In this document: positions 37,371-47,200 of the stretch, piece by piece | Layout: every line of letters begins with the position of its first letter | Position numbering within the stretch: position 1 is the first letter of the stretch | DNA from: Macrostomum hystrix | Taxonomy: Eukaryota; Animalia; Platyhelminthes | Length of the DNA: 64,000 nt | Assembly: GCA_950097015.1 (NCBI GenBank) | Contig: CATNEN010000007.1 | Location: 6,138,001-6,202,000 of the forward strand | Direction of reading: 5' to 3' | Position numbers and translations under genes: made by a program | The notes under the pieces: generated by a model | What the model was told of the DNA's origin: nothing | The model's database searches: none | The model's input: only the letters and a program-made list of their open reading frames with translations

Positions 37371-37376
37371 TTTATT
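37371..37376 (-). promoter_or_regulatory. Candidate polyadenylation signal (AATAAA) of ANKHD1
   Basis: First AATAAA seen on the minus strand after the stop, ~425 nt downstream; another lies near 36921. Confidence 0.4.
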
Positions 37377-37800
37377 TGCATGAAAAGCAGCTGGCTTCAA
37401 TAATAGGGACAGGCTAAGATGAATATATATATATAGAATATGCATAAGAGCAGGCGGACAGTGACAGCGGTAGGAGCAGACTCTGCGCGGTGCAGCGTCA
37501 TTCTTGTTCTATTCCAGTAAAAAAATAGACAAGAGGCGGGGCCGAAACCGAGAAGAAACCGAGCTCGCAATCAGACGCAAACACACACACAACAAGCAGG
37601 CAGGCGGGCCAGTGCTGGGAGGAGCTCATGTCACCTGGCTGCGGCGCGCAGATCATGCAAAGCGTCAATAGCGTCAAGCGAGGCAGGAGAAACAGCTAAA
37701 ATATTAACTAGACAGGGCTATGCCATCAGTGTCAGGAAGGAGGAGTGGAGACTTGATGGACAAGGCCAGCCAGCGAATCGGAGCTGATCATTGAGAGCTT

Positions 37801-40800
37801 TCAGTGGCCGCTGTCCTGGCCGCCGCCAATGGCCCAGTGGTTGGTCCAGGGCACACCGGAGAGACCGGATGACCAAGGCGTGTAGGGGGCTGGCGCGGCG
37901 CACTGCGGATTGCCGAATGAATGCTGCTGCTGTTGCTGCTGCTGCTGCTGTTGGAGCTGCTGGTGATGGTGATGCTGATGATGCGGCTGCAGATGCTGCA
38001 TAGGCGGCAGCGGCGGCGGCGGCTGCATCAGCATTGGAAGCGGCGGCGGCAGCAGTTGCTGCGGATGATGCAGAGGATTGAAGCGATGATGCGAATGCTG
38101 CGGATAGAAGAAGCTGTCGTTGATCAACGCTGCGGTGGTGCCAGTGTCGGCAGAGCCGAGGGCGGCCGCCGCGGTGACCATCGAACCAGACAATGCGGCA
38201 GCGGACACCAGCGGCATGGGAGCAGCTGGCGGCGGGACTTGCTGACGGGAGACGCCACCCCAGCGCGACTGCCGCTCCGCACCAATTGGCGGCGGTTGCT
38301 GCGATGGACTCGGAGCGCTTTCGACTGACGAGGCTGACTGCGTCTGCTGTGACATCAACGGCGGCGGCGGCTGGTGCGAAGCCATCGGCGGCACAGCGGA
38401 ATGGCCAGATGAGCTGATGGTGAGCGGCATGTGATCAGACTGCATATAGTGATGCGGCTGCTGATGGTGCTGGAAGAGGAGGTGGTGCGCCGCGTTTGAA
38501 CCTGCCGGCTGTGCAGCTGGCAGTGGTGGCTGCGGCGACTGCTGCAGTCCAAGCGGCGCCCTCTGGGAGCCAGGCGCCTTTGGGAAACTGCTGGCTGACG
38601 GCGTGCCGATCAAACTGGGCAGCTCCTGATGCTGCGGAGGCGGCTGAGGCGGCGACATTGGTGGCATGGACATCGGAGGTGGCGGGTGAGCTATCGGATG
38701 CTGCATCGGTTGAAGCTGATGCTGCGATGCCGGCTGTGGCAGATGCTTCGGAGAAGGCGGCTCTGGTGGCGCTACGGCCGCTGGGGAGGTCTCAACTGGC
38801 GCGGAAGAAGGCATCAGTGGTGGAAAAGCGGCAGAGGCTGAGGAGGCGGTGGAAACAGCAGTCGGCACAGCGGATGGCACTGCTGAAACATTGGAGACGA
38901 CACCGGCTGCGGCGACAGAGGCGAAGTTGCCAACGCTGGAGGCGGCGCCAAGAGAAGCTGGCGGGATGCCGTAGAGCGTCGGACCGCCAGCCGTCAGGAC
39001 AGAGAGCGGCATGGATGCAGCGCCAGATGCAGCTGAAGAGGCACCGGCCGGGGCGGATGTAGTAACGGCTGCAGCCGACTGCGCATTGTTCTGCAGGATT
39101 GGTAGTGGGCGGCGACAACCACCGGAGGAGTTGGCGGCGGCAGCTGAAGTGCCAGCAGACGCTGCTGGGATGACGCAGCTGCCGACTATACCACCTCCGC
39201 CGTGCGAGCTCTGGCTGTGGGAGCGCTGCGAGCTGCCTCCAGAGCTGCCGCCAAAAGCTTGGATTAGTGATGGTGGCGCGTCCGCATGCTGCTGCTGCTG
39301 CTGATGATGATAATGATAATCAGCTCGAGCGCTGCGAGCGCCGCCTGGTGACTTGGCAGCTGGCATAGAAGACGCAGCGACTACGGCAGCGATGGCAGAC
39401 GCTGCGCTAGACGAAGCGGACGAGGCTGCGGTCGCCAGCTGAATGCAGGGCGGCGCAGCGTTTCGCAGAACGGAGTCGATTAGCAATTTAGCTTTCGCGA
39501 CGGCTTCAGCGGAGCCGCGAATGTGAATTAGTCGCTCGCCGGAGTTCTGCGACGTCTCCGACTCCCGATTATCAATATCGATGTGAGCGCCGCTGTTAGT
39601 GCGGATCGAGTTGATGGTGGCGCCCTCGCGCCCTATCACCCGGCCAATATCCCGCCGCGGCACAGAGATTGACAGCCGCTTCGGTGTCACCGTTAGCCAG
39701 TCATCTGGCAGCACGGACGAGGAAATTTGACCGGCGAAGGAAGCGGAGGCGGCCGCGCCAGCAGTCGCTGCAGCGGCGCCAGTTGCAGCCGAGATCGATG
39801 CGGAGCCCTGATGCGCCCGACGCTGATGATGCAGGTCGCCATTAACCGGATGCAGCGAGTCCGAAGCGGAGGCATCGCCATTACGACGACCGACACCTTT
39901 GCGACGCTTCGTCTGGAAAGTCTGGAAAGCTGCCGAAGAATTGCCGGAGGAGTTGTTTGCCGATGGCGGCGAAGGACCGATGGGTGGCGGCGCGGAAGCA
40001 GCCAAAGACGCCTTGTTCGGCGTCGATTCAGCAATCACGGCGGCTTTTGACGCTGCCGATACTGCGGAGCCGTTCTGCTGCTGGTGGTGCTGATCTTTTT
40101 TTCGCGAGGATCGATTCGTGGATGACGGAGCGAGGGCGGTTGCAACGGTGACGGTGTGAGGCGGCGCTGGAGGGACAGAAGAGGAGGAAGTGGCGGCTGC
40201 AGTAGAGGAGGACTGGAGAGCAGCTGTCAAGGCTGCCTTCTTTGATGTTGCTGTCGTGCACGCTGGCTCTGTTGGCTGCGTCTGCTGCTGCTTCTCTGCC
40301 TTGCGGCCGCCTCGCTGCTTTGACTGCTGCGGCGTTGATGGCTGCTGCTGCTGTTGCTGCTGTTTTAGCACAGCAGGTGAAGCGTGAGTCGCGGAAGGTG
40401 TTGCCTTGGCAACCGGTGCGGTAGCTTCTTTGGCAACTGCTGGCACGGATGCAGGTTCTGATGGTGGAGACGGAGGTGGCGGCGGCGGTGGCTCCGACAC
40501 CGAAGGCGGTGGTGGTTGCTCTTCGGGCTGCGCCTTTGCGGCTTTGCTGAGCTTCTTCTGCTTCTTGCGCTCGCGCTTGCGCGCCAGTGCCTCGGCTTTG
40601 CGCTCTTCCTGAACCTTCTCCGACTCCAGCTGCTGCAGCAGGCTGAAGGCGTGCTTAGCCGCCTCGGCCGCCTGCCTCTCCTTGGCGCTGATGATCATAT
40701 CCATGGCGTTTGAGCAGCGCCGCTTCATCTCCTTGTCGGTAACGCCCTGAACGTGTCGTAGGCAGTCGCTATCAGCCGGGAACTGGGTGCACAGCCGGAC

Positions 40801-41229
40801 CAGGCACTTCACCACCTTCAGGTGGCCGCGACGGAACGCCGCCACCAAGCAGCTGACGCGCCTGTTGTCCTCGGCGTTGGGATCGGCCTTGGCGTGAAGC
40901 AGCAGCTGGCAGACCTCCAGGTGGCCATTGTGACAGGCAAGCCAGAGAGAGGTGGCGCCCTTTTTGTTTCTGGCATCAACGAATGCGCCGCGCTCTAGCA
41001 GCAGTTGGACGAATTTGGCGTGGCCTTTGTCGGCCGCAATGGTGAGGGCGGTGTCGCGGCTAGACGGAACCGGAGCTGCGTTAACATCGGCGCCTTTGTC
41101 CAGCAGGACTCGGGCCACGTCAGTGTAGCCGCCGCTGGCGCACTCCATTAAAGGCGTGAGGCCACTCTTGGCCCGGTGTTCAATATTGGCCCTGCGGTCC
41201 ACAAGCAGCTGGACAACTTCGCTGCGGCC
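37801..41229 (-). CDS. ANKHD1: ANKHD1/Mask exon 8 (last ankyrins, NLS, KH domain, low-complexity tail)
   Basis: Acceptor ccgcag|GGC, in frame with the 1133-aa ORF; KH GxxG loop; TGA at 37801-37803. Confidence 0.9.
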   Translation of the reverse strand, partial: GRSEVVQLLVDRRANIEHRAKSGLTPLMECASGGYTDVARVLLDKGADVNAAPVPSSRDTALTIAADKGHAKFVQLLLERGAFVDARNKKGATSLWLACHNGHLEVCQLLLHAKADPNAEDNRRVSCLVAAFRRGHLKVVKCLVRLCTQFPADSDCLRHVQGVTDKEMKRRCSNAMDMIISAKERQAAEAAKHAFSLLQQLESEKVQEERKAEALARKRERKKQKKLSKAAKAQPEEQPPPPSVSEPPPPPPPSPPSEPASVPAVAKEATAPVAKATPSATHASPAVLKQQQQQQQPSTPQQSKQRGGRKAEKQQQTQPTEPACTTATSKKAALTAALQSSSTAAATSSSSVPPAPPHTVTVATALAPSSTNRSSRKKDQHHQQQNGSAVSAASKAAVIAESTPNKASLAASAPPPIGPSPPSANNSSGNSSAAFQTFQTKRRKGVGRRNGDASASDSLHPVNGDLHHQRRAHQGSASISAATGAAAATAGAAASASFAGQISSSVLPDDWLTVTPKRLSISVPRRDIGRVIGREGATINSIRTNSGAHIDIDNRESETSQNSGERLIHIRGSAEAVAKAKLLIDSVLRNAAPPCIQLATAASSASSSAASAIAAVVAASSMPAAKSPGGARSARADYHYHHQQQQQHADAPPSLIQAFGGSSGGSSQRSHSQSSHGGGGIVGSCVIPAASAGTSAAAANSSGGCRRPLPILQNNAQSAAAVTTSAPAGASSAASGAASMPLSVLTAGGPTLYGIPPASLGAASSVGNFASVAAAGVVSNVSAVPSAVPTAVSTASSASAAFPPLMPSSAPVETSPAAVAPPEPPSPKHLPQPASQHQLQPMQHPIAHPPPPMSMPPMSPPQPPPQHQELPSLIGTPSASSFPKAPGSQRAPLGLQQSPQPPLPAAQPAGSNAAHHLLFQHHQQPHHYMQSDHMPLTISSSGHSAVPPMASHQPPPPLMSQQTQSASSVESAPSPSQQPPPIGAERQSRWGGVSRQQVPPPAAPMPLVSAAALSGSMVTAAAALGSADTGTTAALINDSFFYPQHSHHRFNPLHHPQQLLPPPLPMLMQPPPPLPPMQHLQPHHQHHHHQQLQQQQQQQQQQHSFGNPQCAAPAPYTPWSSGLSGVPWTNHWAIGGGQDSGH

Positions 41230-44200
41230 CTGCGGTGTGTGAAAAAATTGCGATCGTCATACAGACTAAGCGAGCTCTATAATGCTACTTGCAGTAGTGC
41301 ATTTAACATTTTAGCTTATTAGATAATATACATAGAAAAAACACATAGGTTAAATACTGTATGACTATTTAAAGTACGCATATAAGATGGCCAATAACTT
41401 TGAGCTGCCCATCTCAATATAAATTTGACCAGCTTATCTATTGGACAGGCCATCACGACATACATTAAGCAGCACATGTGACTATGGAAGCTTACCTGGA
41501 AGCAGGCAAGTGTAAGCGCCGTATTCTTATTAGTATCAATCTGCGAGTTAATGTCAGATCCGCGATCCAGAAGCAGTTTAACGGCGGCAACATGGCCATT
41601 CATAGCTGCCAGCATCAGGGGCGAGATGCCCAGCTTAGAGCCTGTGCGGCTGTTGATTTCTGCGCCAAACTTCAGCAGTAGCTGGATGATGTTGGTGAAG
41701 CCGCAGGAGGCAGCCAGACTAAGCGGAGTATAGTCTGACACATTCCTGTGCTCCTTGTTAGCGCCACTCTGTAGGAGTAATTCAACAACTTCGTAGCGGC
41801 CAGATGAGCAGGCTAAGGACAGGGCGGTGTCCTTTGTGCGTTCTGAGCAGGCCTCCAGGTCGGCATTGCGTTCGATGAGAGCCTGTTAAGAATTAAGGAA
41901 TGTTCTTTACTAAACTCTTGGGGGTGAGTGGCGGAGCGGTCTAACGCATTTTCCTTTGGCTTGAGGCTTGGGGGCTTGTCGTGCAATTTACACCCTTGTG
42001 GGCCAACTCCCAAGGCACAGTGAATGTCAACAGTGCCTGACGATGTGAAAGTCTCCGCGCCCTGCGGCAACGGCGGCCGCTGCGGTGTCGGAGGCGACAG
42101 CGACCTCGGCCGCGACAGAGTCGGAGGTGGCAGCAGCGGCTGCATTGTAAGTTCATTGTACATTCCTGTGTGAGCCTGTGTCTGCGTACAGTATTTGTGT
42201 GTGCTCAGGAATCAGCGGAATAGGCATAATTGCCAAGCCGGTCTAGTGGCACCAATGATTTGCCCTCCTGCAATTACTTTCTTGACCAAGCTATTCCCAC
42301 TATCGTACCGGTACTGGGGTTTAGGTTCAGTTTCCTACCTCGCACACTTCCTTGTTGCCGGCGGTGGCTGCGATAATCAGCGGAGTGAAGCCTTTCTTAT
42401 CCCTGTGCTCAATATGGCTGCCGTGATCCAGTAGCACTTTAACTAGCTCTTCGTGACCGTGCTGGCAGGCCACAGTCAGGGCGGTCTCCCCGCCGCTCTC
42501 AGTGGCCGAGTTGACATCAATGAGGCTAGAGCCGACAGCGGCGGCGGCAGCCAGGAGCTGACTGCTAGGAGGCACAGGAGGACTGTCGGATGCGGGCGGA
42601 TAAGTGTCGGCAAAGAGCTCCTTGGTCTTGGTTAACAGGCTGGTCAGCTTGTCAGTTATGGGGCCGCTCAGTGGCCGCCTGGCCTCGGTGAGTTCGCGCT
42701 CGACTCGTTGCAGCTCCTCCATGAAGTGCTTCTTGGCGCACTGGGCTGCTGCCGAATTGGACTTGCTGCCAGTGAGACCGGACTCTTGAAGTGAGACCCA
42801 CTTGTTGAGCAACTCTTCCAACTTCTCGGGGGTTCTGGGTGTGAACGGGGCAAGGTTGTGTTAGACAGTGCCTTTGCACTACAAAGGGCTGAGGATTTGA
42901 GCTGCCGAATCTGAGGATGCACTTTTAGTGCGTTCAGAAGTGACATTGCGTGGCATGAAAACTGCATCGTTTCTATTCACACCAGCCATAGTTGGTACAG
43001 TAAGGACGAAACCATTGAATTTCATTGAAAATTCAAGGCAATAATCTAGGGGGGAACACAAAAAATTTCTCATTTGCTCACCTTAATGTTGCCAGGTGCC
43101 GCAGCTCAGCCTCAGAGCTGGCACAGTTGTCAGGCGCGGCAGCAGCGGCTCCAACGCCAGCATTAGTCAGCTGCTGGCGCTGCTGATGCGAGTGCTGATG
43201 ATGGTGTCCGTGCGGACAGGGCGCGGAGACTACAGCGGCGGAGGCTGCGGCAACGGCGGCCGCTGCGGCGTCGGAGGCGACAGTGACCTCGGTCGCGACA
43301 GAGTCGGACGTGGCAGCAGCGGCTGCATTGTAAGCCGTATCGGGCAGGATGGCGGCGCCCGACGCTAGGTCATCGCCGTCGTTATTATTGTCGTCGCTGT
43401 CGACGCCGACACTGACGCCGCTCGAGTTGTCAAGCAGCAGCCGGCACAGGTGAGTGTGACCGCCTTTGCACGCCTCGATCAGGACATTGGAGCCGTCCTT
43501 CAATTGCACCGTGGGATCGGCACCGCAGGACAGAAGGAACTCCACCACAGGAAGGTGGCCACCGGCGCAGGCCAGGGATAGGGGAGTGTGCTCGCGGCCG
43601 AGCGCGAATCTGTTCACCTGGGCGCCTCGTTCAATTAGCAGCCGGGCAACATCCAGGTGGCCAGAGCGGCAGGCCTTCATTAGTGGCGTCCGATCGCCTT
43701 CGGCTAGGCAGTCGACCTCGGCGCCGGCCTGCAGGAGCAGCTGGCAGACCTCCTGGTGGCCGCTTTCGGCGGCGAAGTGCAGCGCGCAGTCGCCAGTTGG
43801 CGAACGCTTGTCAACCCTGGCGCCGGCTAGCAGCAGCTTCTTCACTAGCTGGGCGTGGCCTTCCTGTGCCGCCTCCATCAGGGGCGTCGATGAGCCGAGC
43901 TCAATGTCGGCGCCGCAGCGAAGCAGCAGCTGAGCAACCTCGGTGAAGCCGGCGTTGCAGGCCTGCGATAGTGCGGTCTCCTTGGTCTCCTCGGTGATGG
44001 CGTTGATGTTGGCGCCCATGGCGAGGAGCAGAGCCACCATCTCCAGCTGCACGGAAGCGAAGGTGGCGAAATCGCATGGCGATGTATCGAATACTAAGGT
44101 TAATCACATGGTTTCCGAACAACCATGAAGCAAAAATTAACAGAAATTCGATTTTGACAGGTGACAGTTAAAACATTAGCAGTCAAAACTGGAAAGCTGT

Positions 44201-47200
44201 TAGCTACATGGTGCAGAATCCTTCGAATCTGCGTGGGGCAAAACCTTAGGATCTGGGTGGGGAAAATCCTTGGGATCTGGGTAGGGTAAAACCTCGGGAT
44301 CTGGGCAGGGTAAAACCTCGGGATCTGGGTAGGGCAAAACCTTGGGATCTGGGTAGGGCAAAACCTTGAGATCTGGGTAAGATAGAACTGAGGATTTGAA
44401 TGCGGTTAAACTGCAAATCTAGGTAGGATACACTTTGAATCCAAATATGATTAACTGGGATCTGGGTAAGGTAAACTGAGATCTTGGTGGGATAAACTGA
44501 GATCTGGGTAAGATAAACTGAGATTTGGATAGGATAAATCTGGGGATCTGGGACAGTAAAGAACTGAGGATCACGGAAGGCTGATGTCTAAAACTAAGAT
44601 CTCTTTAGGTCGACAAAATCTAAAAAAGCAATTATTCCGACTTTAAATTCAAGTTGACTCCTCACCTGGCCCTCCCTAGCGGCCTCCATCAGAGCCTGAT
44701 AGCCTTCGTCGTTGACCTCGTGCAGGTCGGCGCCATAGCCAATGAGCAGGCTGGCCAGGTGCAGGTGGCCGCCGCAGGCAGCCAGAGTCAGCGGAGTCTC
44801 GAAGCTGTCCGGCGGCATGGAGATCTGGGCTCCGTGCTCCAGCAGCAGCCTGGCAACCTCGGTGTGGCCGTCCATGGAGGCCTCCATTAGCGAGGTGTGC
44901 ATTTCGTCCGTCTTGTGCTCGGAGTCTGCGCCGGATTCCAACAGGAAGCGCACCTGGGGATGGGGGAATAAGGATTTTGATTATCGCTGTTTATATATGG
45001 ATAAAAATGAGGATTCGATCATGAGGATAAGGGAATTTAGGATTTGATCATGAGGTAAATAAGGAATCGGTCATAAACATTAGGAAAACATGAAATCGAT
45101 CATAGTGCCAGGAAAATTAGCCAAGGATTAGTCCAAGACTAGCATATTAGGCAACGCCTCACCATCTCCAGGTGGCCCTTGTAGCAGGCCAGGGTTAGCG
45201 CGGACTCCTTGAACTCGGCTGAATGATTGTTGATGTTGGCGCCGCGCTCGAGCAGGAGTCTAGCAACCCGGATGTGACCATTGGAGCTGCACTCCATTAG
45301 CGGCGTGTGCCCATTCTCATTCTGGCGCTCTAGATCAGCACCGGCCTCGCAAAGAAGCTGCACAGTGGACACGTGACCATTAGCTGCGGCCACGTGGAGA
45401 GGACTCGAACCAGCCTGCAGAAGTAGAAACAGATGTGAAAAAAATTACTTACTTCATCGAAGTAAAATAGAAACAACAATTATTCAGATACTATCAGCTT
45501 AAATGCCTGGTGATTCAATAAGCAAAGCTACTGACCTGATTGCACAGATTAACATCGGCCTTGTGTTGCAGCAAGAGTCGCGCCATCTCGTCTAGGCCGG
45601 CGCTAGCCGCTTCAATCAAGGCGGTACTATCGCCCTTCAAACTGCGGCAATTAGCATCGGCGCCATAGTTGAGAAGCACGCGGGCCAGATCGAAGAAGTT
45701 CGACGTCACGGCTATCAAAAGCGGCGCGTCGCTGTCGCCGGCGGCCGCTCCGGCGAGGCAGCCGTTGGGCAGGAGTTCAACTTTGCCACCGGAGGCGGCC
45801 GCCGCCGCTGCTGCTGCGGCTGCGGCGGCATCAGCAGCAGGAAGATCAGCGGCAAGCTGTTGCATTGAGTGTGGACTGCGGGCGATGGCGACCGCCGCGG
45901 CGGCGGCAGCAGTTGCCGCAGCAGCGTCGCCGCCGCATGTTCCGTCACCGTCTGGAGCGGCATCAGGGGGATTGGCACTGAGAGCCAGGAGAAGCTCATG
46001 CAGCTTTCGCGCGGTCTGAGCGTCGCACTCCAACAGGCGGCCTCCAGCGTCGCCAGAGTCGTCAGTCGCGGCGGCGGCGGAAGAGGACGGACAGTGGTTG
46101 GGCGAGTCGATCTAGGAAGTTAATGAAAATAATATGTTGAAACAGAAAACTACAAGCATCATGAAAGTAGCTTTGCATTTAAATGTTTTTAGCATAGAAA
46201 TATATATGTAAAAGAATAGGAAAATGCTATAGCATTTAAGAATGGACAGCTGTTATGGTCCTAAGTCATTAATGAACAGAATTAAAAACTTTTAAGGAAC
46301 TATAAGAAAAATCTTTAATTCACAAAGTTTGTAAAAAGCTATAAAGATATAGTTGAAATAAAAGACAAAGAAACTTAATAGTACATCACTAATACTTTAG
46401 TCAAGACATTATTTTATATTTAATTTTAAGTCCCACTAAAATTTAATCTGTTGTCTATAGAGAAATGCAAAGGCTGAAGGAGTATTTATATACATATATA
46501 TATATATATATATTACAAAATGTATATATAAACTCTATGAACTCTGAAAAGGAAAAAACCTGCAACTATAAATCATAGAATACAGTTTACAGTCTACAGT
46601 TTTTAACTGCCACAAATTTAGAGCCCTTTGTTCAATCAACTGCTCTAGGGTGATAGAATTCTGTCATAATAAGGCATGTTGTTTTTTAATGAAACATTGT
46701 TATATACTTATATTATAAATATTGCATAAATTTTAGCTACAGTTTTATTAAAAACTTAAGCTTTTAGAATGTAAGAAAATTACTTTTTGTAATAAAATTT
46801 AGATAGATTACGAGTAAGAGTCTTTTTAATATTAAATACATTAGTTTTTGCTTGAGAAAGTGTCTGATTTTGTATAGTAGGCTCAGACACTGAAAATTTG
46901 TCTGAAATTGCACATATGACTAAGACTGCCACATACAAGGACCACCAGAGCAAAATGTTGAGCTTGGACAACCAGAGTTTTAAGGATGAAGATCCTAAAT
47001 TTCCTACTTCCTAATACATATAAAAGCAAAAGGTACCCAATTTTCTAGTTAAAAAAAAAGTTTGGAAAGAAAAAATAACAGGTTTCTTGGAATAATGGAA
47101 AAATAAAACATAATAAAACTGTATGTCCCATTTTTTTATGTTTAATTTTCAGCAAAAAATAAAAACGATCAGGATTTTGTCAAATTAGTAAAGTCTGACC

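Noticed and set aside
39600-39680. KH loop GREG instead of GRGG as a possible loss of RNA binding
   Set aside because: GREG loops occur in functional KH domains (e.g. RNase Y), so this is not evidence of inactivation.
37718-46123. Numerous plus-strand and alternate-frame ORFs over Mask exons
   Set aside because: Antisense or shadow ORFs of GC-rich, Ala/Gln-rich coding sequence.
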